Part shown: positions 14,358 to 27,402 of the stretch, in pieces
How positions within the stretch are numbered: position 1 is the stretch's first letter
How the letters are laid out: each line of letters begins with the position of its first letter
The notes under the pieces: generated by a model
Database searches by the model: none
The model's input: the letters and a program-made list of their open reading frames with translations, nothing else
What the model was told of the DNA's origin: nothing
Made by a program: the position numbers and the translations under genes
Source of the DNA: Octopus sinensis
Taxonomy: Eukaryota
Reading direction: 5' to 3'
NCBI RefSeq assembly: GCF_006345805.1
Contig: NC_043017.1
Span: forward strand, 20,274,001 to 20,338,000
Length of the DNA: 64,000 nucleotides

Positions 14358-14571
14358 ACCCTTTCTACTAAAGGCACAATGCCTGAAATTTGGAGAAGGG
14401 GACTAGGCATTTACATCAGCCTCAGTGTTTCACTGGTACTTAATTTACTAACCCAAAAGGATGAAAGGCAAAGTCAATCTAGGTGAAATTTGAACTCAGA
14501 ACCTGAAGATGAAAGAAATGCTGCCAAGCATTTTGTCCAGCATGCTAACAATTCCGCCAGCCCACTGCCTT
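14358..14571 (-). mobile_element. SINE family B
   Basis: GGATGAAAGGCAAAGTC...ATTTGAACTCAGAAC...GCCAGC; lies within (AAT)n. Confidence 0.85.
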
Positions 14572-14601
14572 AGCAATAATAATAATAATAATAATAATAA
14601 T

Positions 14602-14866
14602 GACAGGTTAGCTTGGGAAGTTAAGCAGTTGTGGGTAGTAAAAAAGGTAGCAGTAGTTCTACCAATAATTGTCAGAGCCCTGGGAACAGTGAGCAAAAGT
14701 TTCAAGAATTACATGGAACAAATAGGGGCTGTAATAAGGGTGGAGCACTGCTTGGAACCGCTCGAATACTCTGAAAGGTGCTCGAAAAATAAGAGGTATT
14801 ACCTTAGTTCACTGGTAGTGAACAGCTGATACTGTTGCACATCTCCAGCGTTAGAAGTTGTGCAAA

Positions 14867-14868
<2 letters not shown>
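14602..14868 (+). mobile_element. R4/Dong-type non-LTR retrotransposon 3' end (decayed C-terminus plus 3' UTR)
   Basis: Translates DRLAWEVKQLWVVKKVAVVLPIIVRALGTVSKSFKNYMEQIG...(frameshift)LLGTARIL*KVLEK*, matching the IGALGT...LLGTARILRKVL C-terminus I associate with R4/Dong elements; (AAT)n on both flanks. Confidence 0.85.
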
Positions 14869-14901
<33 letters not shown>

Positions 14902-15077
14902 TTTCATTTATTTGCCACAAGGACAGATGATGAGGGAGGGACACTGTTTAAGGCACAAAGCTAATATGTTATGTGGGTTTGTTCTTCAGTTGTTCAGTTT
15001 TCAATGTTATTCAAAAATTTACAATGTCTTTGGGTATCTACTTGACAATTAAGAAGCCCCACAAGAAAATTAAACAT

Positions 15078-15262
15078 GTCGCAGGAGTGGCTGTGTGGTA
15101 AGTAGCTTGCTTACCAACCACATGGTTCCGGGTTCAGTCCCACGGCATGTCATCTTGGGCAAGTGTCTTCTGCTATAGCCTCGGGCCGACCAATGCCTTG
15201 TGAGTGGATTTGGTAGACGGAAACTGAAAGAAGCCTGTCATATATATATATGTATATATATG

Positions 15263-15310
<48 letters not shown>

Positions 15311-15350
15311 GTGTGTATATGTTTGTGTGTTAGTCCCCTAGCATTGCTTG

Positions 15351-15396
<46 letters not shown>

Positions 15397-15578
15397 GTAT
15401 GTGTGTGTATATGTTAGTGTGTTTACGTCCCCGTCACTTAGCGGTTTGGCAAAAGACACCGATAGAATAAGTCCTGGGGCTTACAAAGAATAAGTCCCGG
15501 GGTCGACTTGCTCGACTAAAGGCGGTGCTCCGGCATGGCCGCAGTCAAATGACTGAAACAAGTAAAAGAGTAAAAGAG
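15078..15578 (+). mobile_element. SINE family A, full length with expanded internal microsatellite
   Basis: Nearly identical to 58887-59299. Confidence 0.93.
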
Positions 15579-16017
15579 AACTATGTCCTTCACTTTTTAA
15601 ACCAACAGCATATAATTGAAAGCACACCTGGCTGCTATTTCTAGCGATGTTCACTGACCATGCAGAGGCTTCCTCGGTTGGTTTGCCACACAAAGACTGA
15701 CAATATTTGATATATTCATTTATTGGTCACCCTTCAGACAGTTCATTGTTTGTTTGATGTGTTCCATGATAAGAAAACTACTTTAATGACTAGTTTGACA
15801 ACAACGTTTGGGTCCTGACAGAAGTTCTGGCCTCAATCACAGATGTAAAGCTTAAAAAGGCGTAAAAGAAAACACCTCGTTAATGAAATTAATCAAACAA
15901 GTTTCGTTTTATTCGGCTTTGATATATTGACTGTAGATCTGGTCTGAATAGAAACTATTCAATCTAGTTACATAAATGTATGATGCGTGTGTATGTGTGT
16001 GTATGTATCTGGGAGTA

Positions 16018-16068
<51 letters not shown>

Positions 16069-16117
16069 GTGTATATATATATATGTATATATGCATGTAT
16101 ATAATATATAATGCATG

Positions 16118-16158
<41 letters not shown>

Positions 16159-16176
16159 AAACGATGATGATGATGA

Positions 16177-16216
<40 letters not shown>

Positions 16217-16231
16217 ATATATATATATGTG

Positions 16232-16315
<84 letters not shown>

Positions 16316-16444
16316 ATATATATGCATATATATATATTGTATATATATGTAATATATATATGTATATATATGTATATATTTATATACATAAACCAATCTA
16401 TATACTTATTTATATATCACACTCAAAATGTTAGTGTGCAGCAG

Positions 16445-16493
<49 letters not shown>

Positions 16494-17902
16494 TATACAT
16501 ACAAACACACACATACACACGTGCATACACCCAGAGTTGGAAAAAGTAGGACCAAGAATTTTGTTCGATGCTATAACAATCCTGTCGATCTATCCTTTAC
16601 ATTCTGTGTTCAAATCCAGCCCCAGTCCAATTTGTCTTACATCCCTCCAAGGATGGAAATAAATACCAGCCATGTTCTGAGATTGATTAAACTAACTATT
16701 GGTCCTTCCACCAAAAAGTGAGGCCCTGAGCCTATATTGGGAGCCTTTTATCGAAGATGGGTGTAAATTATAAAGTTCCACACATGTGAGTCATACAAAA
16801 ATATATGATACTCCGTGTTTTATCAAGTTTAATTACTATTTAGTCTACTTTCTATCTGTCTATCTATCTATCTATCTATGCCTATCTGTCTATGCCTATC
16901 TGTCTATCAATTTACCAACCTACCTACCTTCCTCTGTCTGTCTGTCTGTCTGTTTCACTCTCTCTCTCTCTGTTTTTCTCTCTCTCTAACAAGCATGGAA
17001 GGTGGACATTAAATGATGATGATGATATATACATACATACAATTAGTGATGACAAGATTATGCCTATACAGTTTATATTGCACCCAACTGCACACATTAA
17101 TCTTATACACACACACAAACACACACACACACATATGTAAATATAAATGTATGTGTCAATGTATACACACATAGACATATATATGCATAAACACACACAC
17201 ACACACATATAGATGTAATCATTGTGTCATCCCCACATCTCATCATCTTCCATTTTTACTCTTTATTTCATTACATTTCCTGTCCAAAATTCAGAAACAA
17301 AAAGAAAAAACGAATTAAAGAATTACTCAGAAGGCCAAAGTTACAGAGAATGGAATGAAAAATCAAAATACCACTCCATCCCACCCCACCTCAACCCACC
17401 TCCAATTTAATTGGTTGTTTCATTTCTTGACAGAACCTCAGTCCAGGGCTGCTAAACAACACTGATTTTGATTGGTTATTGGATTAGAAAATAAAATTGA
17501 TGAACAAAAACAGCAAAATAAAATAAATTTCATTCGAATATTTCATCATTAAAAATTTTTTTCTCCATTTTCACAAATCATTAAATAGACAATAACCAAC
17601 TGCTATGAATGTCTGTTCGGCTTCTGTAATATGGCAAGGAATTATTAAATGGAGTAAATGATATAGCTTTCAGCTTTAAAACGTTATGACAAGACACCAA
17701 ATATATTTATTTATTTATGTATTTATGCAAAAATTTTATAAAATATAAGGAGCTGGTAAACTGTTGACTGACATTTATTGTTAATGATAAATTTCAAAAT
17801 TTGATTTTATTCAAAATCATAAATGTTTGCATTTCTTACTAGAAGTGAAAACAGAAATATAGATGTATGCTTTTACAAGTATTAGTGTGTGTTTACAAGT
17901 AT

Positions 17903-18128
17903 GAGCTGGCAGAAACGTTAGCACGCCGGACAAAATGCTTAGCGGTATTTCGTCTGCTGCTACATTCCGAGTTCAAATTCCGCCGAGGTCGACTTTGCCT
18001 TTCATCCTTTCGGGGTCGATAAATTAGTACCAGTTACGCACTGGCGTCGATGTATTCGACTTAATCCATCTGTCTGTCATTGTCTGTCCTCTCTGTGTTT
18101 AGCCCCTTGTGGATAGTAAAGAAATAGG
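17903..18128 (+). mobile_element. SINE family B (variant tail)
   Basis: GAGCTGGCAGAAACGTTAGC...GAGTTCAAATTCC...GACTTTGCCTTTCATCCTTTCGGGGTCGATAAA...AGCCCCTTGTGG. Confidence 0.9.
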
Positions 18129-18228
18129 TATTTTGTCTGCCGTTACATTCTGAGTTCAAATTCCGCTAAGGTCGACTTTGCCTTTCATCCTTCCGGGTCG
18201 ATAAATTAAGTACCAGTTAAGCACTGGG

Positions 18229-18570
18229 ACCCCCTTCAGTCACGACACTGACCATCGGATTGCACCTAGAAAGCAACCCTCCTAGTCACAAATCTGGGCA
18301 AGGTGGTTTATGGAAGACCAGCAGTCACCCATGCATACCGGCCTCCCCCTCTCCACACCACCAGTGTTATCCAAGGGAAAGGCAACAGCCGATACTGCTT
18401 GACACCCATGACGTTGCAACTCATTTCTACAGCTGAGTTAACTGGAACAACGTGAAATAAAGTGTCTTGCTCAAGAACACAACACGCAGCCCAGTCCGGG
18501 ATTCGAGATTACAACCTCATGATCATAAGCTCAATGCTCTAACCATAACCACTGGCCATGCGCCTTAACT
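18229..18570 (-). mobile_element. tRNA-headed CORE-like SINE (family C, alternative tail) with 15-bp TSD
   Basis: TSD CAGTTA(A/T)GCACTGGG at 18214-18228 and 18571-18585; body TGTGTTCTTGAGCAAGACACTTTATTTCAC. Confidence 0.85.
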
Positions 18571-18593
18571 CAGTTATGCACTGGGGTTGATAT

Positions 18594-18837
18594 AGTTAAG
18601 TTAAGTTAAGTTAAGTTAATTTTTTTGACTCAAAAAGCAAAAAGTAAGGCCATGTAGGGGGACTTGGAGTTATGTACAGGGTGATGTTCATGCAAAGAGT
18701 TCAGGCCATTTCTGGTCAAGAGAGACTTTGAACCGAGCGGTCGTCGGCATCTTTACTATCTTGTTCGGCAGCTTATTCCACGGAGCCACAACCCGGACGG
18801 AGAAAGCCCCTCTCCTTCGATTGAGATGAAATCGTTG
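18594..18837 (-). mobile_element. CR1-type LINE 3' end, 5'-truncated
   Basis: Reverse complement of ~30245-30470, including the (TTAAC)n tail. Confidence 0.9.
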
Positions 18838-19129
18838 GTCTGTCCTTGTTTGTCCCCTCTGTGTGTAGCCCCTTGTGGGCAGTAAGGAAATAAGTATGAG
18901 TGTGTGTGTATATATATATATATATGTATTTTATTCTTAAACAAGAATATTGGTGACAGTGACTTCGAAGTTTCAGCCTTTTAAGCTATCATCATTATAG
19001 TTTTCTTGTTTAGGAGCGATAAATTTGTTCTGTACAAAAGTATAGAGTAACACCTCAGAATAATGTAAAATTGCTTTTAGTATAACTGAATATAAACACA
19101 GACATCATCGCATATATATTCTTCTATTC

Positions 19130-19472
19130 CTTTATTCTTTAATCCTTTTATTTGTTTTAGTAATTTGGCTGTGGTCATGCTGGAGCACTGCCTTTAGTCG
19201 AACAAATCACCCCCAGGACTTATTCTTTGTAAGCCTGGTACTTATTCCATTGGTATCTTTTGCCGAACTGCTAAGTTACAGGGATGTAAATACACCAACA
19301 TCAGTTGTCAAGCGATGGTAGAGGGACAAACACAGACACACACAAACATATACAATAGGCTTCTTTCAGTTTCCATCTACCAAATCCACTCACAAGGCTT
19401 TGGTTGGCCCGAGGCTACAGTAGAAGACACTTGCCCAAAGTGCCACGCAGTGGGACTGAACCCGGAACTATG
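19130..19472 (-). mobile_element. SINE family A, 5'-truncated
   Basis: Family A tail through to the B-box region. Confidence 0.88.
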
Positions 19473-19476
19473 AATA

Positions 19477-19531
<55 letters not shown>

Positions 19532-19567
19532 CATATATATATTATATGTTATATATATATATGTAAC

Positions 19568-19643
<76 letters not shown>

Positions 19644-19658
19644 ACATATATATATATA

Positions 19659-19706
<48 letters not shown>

Positions 19707-19708
<2 letters not shown>

Positions 19709-19867
19709 GGGCTTCTTTCAGTTTCCGTCTACCAAATCCACTCACAAGGCTTTGGTCAGCCCAAGGCTATAGTAGAAGACACTTGCCCAAGGTGTCATGC
19801 AGTGGGACTGAACCCAGAACCACGTGGTTGGGAAGCAAGCTTCTTACCACACAGCCATGCCTGTGCC
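19707..19867 (-). mobile_element. SINE family A head
   Basis: Complete head segment. Confidence 0.88.
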
Positions 19868-20561
19868 TATGTACATAAAATACAGAGTAAAGGATTTTTT
19901 ATCGACAACTGATATATTTCACTGAATATAAAAATTATTTCAATATTCGTACGTTATGACTAAAATTGATGTTGATACAGAGAATGATTATGTAGTCGCT
20001 GGTTTAAAATACATGAAATGCTATTGAAGCACATTGAACACATCACCCCAGCATAATCATTCTACGAAATTCAGACTCGTATGGACATATATTGTTAATA
20101 TATTGTAATATATCGATGGATAAATGAATGATGTTATGGAACATGGCAGTAAAATGAAAAATGAGGCGGGCGTATTTGTAAATTTGATCATAACTTTACG
20201 TGTGTAAAGTGTGTGTTTGTATGTCTATGTGAGTGTTTGTGTGTGTGTGTGAGAGAGAGAGAAAGAGAGAGAGAAGGAGAGAGAGAGAGTGATGATAATA
20301 ATTTTGTATGCCACTTCCATATTGTAAACCCAATATTTATTCATTTATTCATGTTATATATGCTGGTCTTTGTAATACCATTATACAAGTCAGTATGTGT
20401 GTATGTATATATATATATATGTATTATATATATGTATATATATATTATGTATGTATACATATATATATATATGTATGTATACATATATATATAGATATAT
20501 ATAATATTATATATATATATGTATAATATATATATATGTATATTTATATATATATGTATAT

Positions 20562-20593
<32 letters not shown>

Positions 20594-20783
20594 ATATGTA
20601 TATATATATATGTATATTTATATATATATGTATATTTATATATATATATATATATTATGTATATATATATATATATATATTGTATGTAATATATATATAT
20701 ATATATATATATGATGTATATATATATGTATATATATATATACATACATACACACATGCATTCATATATACATACATATATAC

Positions 20784-20825
<42 letters not shown>

Positions 20826-20849
20826 GTATGTATATATATATATATATAT

Positions 20850-20886
<37 letters not shown>

Positions 20887-20947
20887 TATATATATATGTA
20901 TGTATGTATACACACATTTATGCATGATGGTGGGTATTGAATTAATG

Positions 20948-20978
<31 letters not shown>

Positions 20979-21431
20979 GCACATATTTATGCATTATGAT
21001 GGATATTGAATTAATGTGCTGTCGAGGAGGGGAATTGTCAATATGGATACCAGTGTATTGCATATGGACAAACAAATATATATATATATCCATCCTATTA
21101 TACACACAACATACTTACATATGTATGTAAATGTTAACAGATATACGACTATCTAAGCATATCTATCAGGCCGTCTGTCCATCTGTCTGCCTGTCTGTTT
21201 TTCTTTTCTTTCTATCTGTTAGTCTGTCTGTCTGTCAATCTACCTATCTACCTGTCTATCTTTATATCTAACTAACTAGATATATCTTCAGTCTGCTATC
21301 TTTTATTTGTTTCAGCCATCAGACTGCGGTCATGTTAGGGCACGACTTTGAAGGGTTTTGGTCAAATGTACTGAATTCAGTACATATTTTTATAAGCCAG
21401 GTTCTTACACTGAACTGCTAATTTAAGGGGG

Positions 21432-22022
21432 CAACTGGCACCTGTGCCAGTGGCATGTAAGAAACACCATTTGAGCAAAGCCAATGCCAGTGCCACCTGG
21501 CTGGCACCTGTACCAGTGGCATGTAAAAAGCACTATTTGAGCATGGCCGATGCCAGTGCTGCTTGACAGGTACCCATACCGGTGGCACATAAAAAGCACC
21601 ATTGGTGCATGGCTGATGAGAGTGCCACCTGACTGGCACATAAAAAAGCACCATTTGAGCATGGCTGATGAGAGTGCCACCAGACTGGCACCTGTACCGG
21701 TGACACATAAAAAGCACCATTTGAGCATGGCTGATGTCAGTGCTGCCTGACAGGTACCCATACTGGTGGCACATAAAAAGCACCATTTGAGCATGGCTGA
21801 TGAGAGTGCCACCTGACTGGCACCTGTACCGGTGGCACATACAAAGCACCATTTGAGCATGGTTGATGAGAATGCCACCTGACTGGCACCCGTATCGGTG
21901 GCACATAAAAAGCACCATTTGAGCGTGGCCGATGCCAGTGGTGCCTCGCTGGCACCCATGCTGGTGGCACATAAAAAGCACCGTTTGAGTGTGCCAGTTG
22001 ATGCCAGTTCCACCTGTCAGGC
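21432..22022. repeat. 66-bp tandem array, ~9 units
   Basis: Anchor (G)CACCATTTGAGC at 21464, 21530, 21596, 21648, 21714, 21780, 21846, 21912 and 21978; one unit is 52 bp. Confidence 0.95.
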
Positions 22023-22029
22023 TCCCATG

Positions 22030-22165
22030 CAAAAAGTGACTGATAGAATAAGTACTTGGCTTACAGAAAACAAGTCCTGGGGTCGATTTGTTTGAATAAA
22101 TCCCTTTATGGTAGTGCTCCAGCATGGCAGCAGCCAAATGACTAAAGCCAGGAAAAGGATAAAGA
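22030..22165 (+). mobile_element. SINE family A tail
   Basis: GATAGAATAAGTAC...GTCCTGGGGTCGATTTG...GTGCTCCAGCATGGC; an inverted degraded tail lies at 21297-21430. Confidence 0.8.
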
Positions 22166-22689
22166 AATTTTCACATATCCATGTAGGTACACATACATCT
22201 GTCTACATGTGTGTGTGTGCATGTGCACGTGTGTGAGTGTGTGTAAGGGCATCCCACCGCAGAAACCATGCCAAAGCTGTCTGCAGATCTGGGTCTAGGC
22301 CCCTGGTTTGTCAGTTCCTATCAGACTGTGCCACTTATGCCAGCATGGAAACCAGATGTTAAATGATGATGATGATGATGATGATGATATATATGTACGC
22401 ACATGTGTGCACTGAAAAACACATTCGCATGGCACCTCATGCACCCTCTATCAAACGCTGGATAATGGCTAAATGACACATTGATAAACTGTTATCTAAT
22501 GTCAGAGAGTGTTATACGGGAGCAGAGCTAATCAATCAAGTTGTTATGTTGAAAATCCCAGCAAGGTATTGATTAGTCACACAAGTCCCGTCTGTCGAGA
22601 TAATTTCAATATAGGTGTGAGTGATCCGTATGAGGAAAAAAAGGGAGCAAGAACACCCGACACATACATGAGGGTGGGTACAAACACAC

Positions 22690-23271
22690 AAAGATGCACA
22701 CACACACATGCACGTACATATGCACACATACATGTACACATGCACGCACACAGGTACATATGCACACACACACGTACATATGCACACATACATGTGCATA
22801 TGCATGCACACATACATGCACACATGCATGCACACATACACACACACAGGAATATGCACACGTACACTAAGAGGCACACACGTGCACATAGACACACACA
22901 CACACACGCACAGAGTGGCATATACACACATACTAAAGCACACACACAGACACACATGCAGAATCACACAAACACACATATGCAGAATCACACACACACA
23001 CACACACACACACAGAGTGGCACATACACACATACAAAAGCACACACACACACACAGAGTGGCACATACACACATACAAAAGCACACACACACACACACA
23101 GAGTGGCACATACACACATACAAAAGCACACACACACAGACACAGAGTGGCATATACAGACATACAAAAGCACACACACAGACGCACATGCAGGCATACA
23201 CACATGCAGGAGTACACAAACACACACATGCAGAATCACACACAGTCTCACACACACACACAGTGGCCATG

Positions 23272-23303
<32 letters not shown>

Positions 23304-23440
23304 TGCAGGATCATGCAAACACACTTCCAGGATCACACACACACACACACGCACACTTAAATGTACATAGAGGCACCCACAAATACATATTACAAGCACA
23401 CACATACACACATACACAGACTGACACACACTCACACGCA
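22690..23440. repeat. CA-rich low-complexity tract with CAGAGTGGCACATACACACATACAAAAG minisatellite
   Basis: Motif recurs about five times between 22910 and 23170. Confidence 0.9.
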
Positions 23441-24389
23441 CATTGTCACCAGTGGCAGCAGAGTCTCCGTGTCTGAGAATGATTATTTCTCCCACCTTTT
23501 ATGGTTCTTCCTTGTTGACGTTGTTGATGACCAAGACAAGAAGGCCGATCCTTGCAGGAAGAGAAACAGGAACAATATAAGCCGGAAAGAGTTGGCGGAG
23601 GGTGTGGCCCTTGTCGTGGTTACATCATATTCTTGTTATGTTTTCCTTTGCCAATTGCTTTTTTTTTTTGTCTTTCTTATTTTGATTTTTAAGGTACAAG
23701 CTGGTTCCAGTGGTGAAAGAGAGCAACGAGTTGGAATAGTTCTGGGCTTCTGTTACCCATATTTTTGGGTTTTTAAAAAATTCCAAACGTTTTGGGGGTT
23801 TGTGTTTTATTGCAGAGATGAAATAAAAGGAAAGAAAATGGTTGGCACTAAACTGAAAAGTTATTTATATGTATGTCTATACATGCATGTATATGTATGT
23901 GTGTATATATATATATATACACATATGTATATATATATATACATATGTATATATATGTGTATGTATCCAATGCGGGCCCATCTATGTAGTGGTTTGACCT
24001 GCTAGTAAGAGCAACCTAAATCTTCCTCAAATTGCCAGATATGCATCTATATCTGTCTATCTATCTATCCTTATATATATATATAATACACACATACACA
24101 CCACACAGAATATACCTTCAGATAGAGACAGATAGAGAGAAATAAAGAGAGAAAGAGAGAGAGAGAGATTAGCTAAGAATAAACTGTGTACACCAATCTA
24201 ACAAAGGAACACCAGCATGGTCTCTTGTCCAGGTAGAAATAGCAACCTAATAATAATAATGATGGCCTCGCCATCAGAGATGATATATGAGTGTTCAGCT
24301 TTTGCTAAACAACCTGCACAAATGATTTGTCTCTAGTGATTGAAGGCTTGTGCCACACATTGGTTCACTTCCTCCATCAAATCGACATT

Positions 24390-24548
24390 GTCTGAACAGG
24401 TGTATCACATGTCAGGTGTCAAAGTGATTGCAGGACATGAGATGGAGTGGTTTGCTGAAGAACACAATGCATCACCAGGTCTAGGAATTGAAACCACAAT
24501 CTCGTGGTCATGAGTACAACACCCTAACTACTAGGCCATGCACCCTCA
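24390..24548 (-). mobile_element. Family C SINE head and CORE-like part, degraded
   Basis: GAACACAATGC...GGAATTGAAACC...CCCTAACTACTAGGCCATGCACC. Confidence 0.7.
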
Positions 24549-24565
24549 TAATAATAATAATAATA

Positions 24566-24612
<47 letters not shown>

Positions 24613-24632
24613 TAATAATAATAATCATAATA

Positions 24633-25107
24633 ATCCTTTCTACTATAGGTACAAGGCCAGAAATTTTGGGGGAGGGGCCTGTTGGTTATATTGATCCAAA
24701 TGCATAACTGGTACTCATTTCATCGACCCCTAAAGGATGAAAGGCAAAGGCGACCTTGGCAGAATTTGAACTCAGGCTGTAGTGGTAGATGAAATACCGC
24801 TAAGCATTTCACCTGGTGTGCTAAGGGTTCTGCCAGCTTACTGGCCTTAATAATAACAATAATAACAATGATGATGATTTCAAATTTTGGTTGAAAGCCA
24901 GCAATTTCGCAGGTGAGGGAATAGATGATTATGTTGACCCCCCACCCAGAGCCCAACTGGCACTTATTTTATCAACCCTGAAAGGGTGAAAAGTAAAGTC
25001 GATCTTTACTTCAGATCAGAATTTGAACTCTGATCATAAAAAGACAGATGAAATGCCCACTAAGCATTTTGCCCAGCATGCTAACAATTCTGCCAGGTCG
25101 CTGCTTT
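24633..25107 (-). mobile_element. Two tandem SINE B copies (24633-24848 and 24878-25107)
   Basis: Both match family B; separated and flanked by (AAT)n-like tracts. Confidence 0.85.
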
Positions 25108-25189
25108 CAATAATAATAACAATACTACTACTACTATTACTACTACCACCACCACCACCGCCACCACCACCAGCACCACTACAACCACC

Positions 25190-25230
<41 letters not shown>

Positions 25231-25471
25231 AACAACAATTCTTTTTTTCTTAGTCATAGGAGGAATGAAACTGTGCAAACATTAGCGTACAATGACACAG
25301 ACATTAAGAAAATAATCGTGGGGTGTGGTGAACAGAAATATATATATATATATATAGATGCACACACATACACACACACACGCATAACAATATTTATATG
25401 CTTCTTTACATGTAAACACATGTAAATAAATGTAAACACAAATTCAAGATTACATGACATAAGCATACAAT

Positions 25472-25510
<39 letters not shown>

Positions 25511-25590
25511 GATATATAGATATAAATATATACATATATTAATATAATACACTCACACAATACATACACGCTTACTTATGTCCACAAATT

Positions 25591-25623
<33 letters not shown>

Positions 25624-26076
25624 ATATTCATATAAATGTACACATATACACACATGTGAGCATATACACACATGTGTATTTGTCAATTTCAATACACACA
25701 AATGTACATGTGCATTCATCCGTTTATATAAACACACACACACACACACACATATAAAGAAATATACATTCATTAGTCTACCTACACACATACACTCACA
25801 CATATTCATATAAACGTGCACACACACACAGACACACATACAAGCGTATATATACATGCGCATATATCTATTTGCCCATTTCAAAAACACACAGACGCAC
25901 ACAGCCATCGATCCACTTACACACATGCAATCACACATATTCATACAATTGTGCACATACACACAAGCATATACACACATATATAGATATACATCCATAT
26001 ACAAAAATATACATCCATCCATCCATCCATTGAAATATGCACAGAGATATACATATACATACATATATGTACATCC

Positions 26077-26419
26077 ATGCACTTATACACACATGCACAC
26101 ACATACATACACACCTGACGACCGTCCGGTATGCTGCTGTGAGTGTGTCTGTGTTGTCATCTGGCCGTCCATTCCAACATGTGTTTACCATGCATAAGAA
26201 TGCCAACATGTTGATGCTCCCATCGGTTGCCAGGATGAAATAGGAAATTCCTGCAATTTTATATCTCTGGGACACTTTATGAATCACTCTTATTCTCTCA
26301 TTCATTACTCATTACTCTTTGATGGAGAGGGCCACCCTCTTACGTTTTGTTTTATATTATCAAATTATTGCATTCGCTTATGTGTTTTATAGGGTTTGTC
26401 ACATTTTATGAATGGAAAC
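26077..26419 (+). repeat. Left arm of long inverted repeat
   Basis: Reverse complement of 28217-28562; core has 11 substitutions and one 2-bp indel over ~213 bp. Confidence 0.95.
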
Positions 26420-26489
26420 CCTCATTAGTGACACACATGCAACATCGACCCCAACCACCCTCCATTCTTGTATATAACAATCATCCAAT

Positions 26490-26737
26490 GAAGGATTCGC
26501 TATGTGGTCGTTTTGAACTGCTAGAAATAGCAACCAGATCTCCTTTCAAACTACCCCCCTGTCCCCTGCTGTCTTGAACAAGGAAACCCCGACACATTGA
26601 GATGTTATAGTCCTTAGCAGACCTTTCCACTTCTTAAAGAAAACAAAGATGGGATAGTAATGTTTGGAATGCCTTTGATCATAGGACTGTTTGATAAAGG
26701 TCAGACCTTGGGCTAAATGCTATCAACAACAACAACA
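26490..26737 (+). mobile_element. Old dispersed repeat family F ending in (CAA)n
   Basis: CTGCTAGAAATAGCA(A/G)CCA motif also seen at ~6010, 15630, 24000, 30930, 37520, 39285 and 42550. Confidence 0.6.
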
Positions 26738-27270
26738 TTTTCTTTTATTGGCCACAAGAGTCCAAGACATTGAGGACAAAATACAAAAAGACAATACCAC
26801 AACAACGACTACTACCACCACTGCTACTACTACTACTACTACTACTGATGATGATGATTAGCCACAAGGGTCTGTGAGACTGAAGACAAGATAGAATGGA
26901 TGATACTACCACTACCACCACCACAGCTGCTACTATTATCAATAATAATGATGGTGATGTTGATGGTGGTTTCATTTATTGGCGACAAGGGCCCAAGACA
27001 TTGAGGTCTACATCAAAGGATGAAATAATACAACGTTCAACGAAAAAAAACCCCACAATAATAACAATATTAATTTCTTTATTTGCCACAAGGGCAACGA
27101 ACTGAGGAAGCATTACAAAACAAGTCTTGTTCGGATTTGAACAAATAATGTAAGGAATTGAGAAACTGAATGCATTTCAGCACTTAATCATAATCCAATG
27201 TGTTGTTATCCACAGCCAAACAGAATGGCACTTATTATAATAATAATAATAATAAAATAATAATAATAAT

Positions 27271-27402
27271 CATCGTTTAGCATCCGCTTCCATGCTGGCA
27301 TGGGTTGGACGGTTCAACTGGGGTCTGGGAAGCCAGAAGGCTGCACCAGACCCCAGTTGAACTGTCCAACCCATGCCAGCATGGAAAGCGGATGCTAAAC
27401 GA

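Larger units (their letters stand above)
18128..18897 (+). mobile_element. Second tandem SINE B unit, interrupted by two insertions
   Basis: Pieces at 18128-18228, 18571-18593 and 18838-18897 rejoin into one B unit. Confidence 0.8.

Noticed and set aside
21612-21850. Hammerhead in the 66-bp unit (CTGATGA followed by a GTGCCA/TGGCAC stem)
   Set aside because: No GAAA after the stem (ATAAAAAG instead), and the dispersed relatives lack CTGATGA.
21432-22022. CRISPR-like array, or Cys/His repeat proteins (ORFs 21418-22137 and 21423-22013)
   Set aside because: The segments between conserved motifs are homologous to one another rather than unique spacers, there are no cas genes, and the context is eukaryotic. 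The ORFs arise because a 66-bp unit is a multiple of three.
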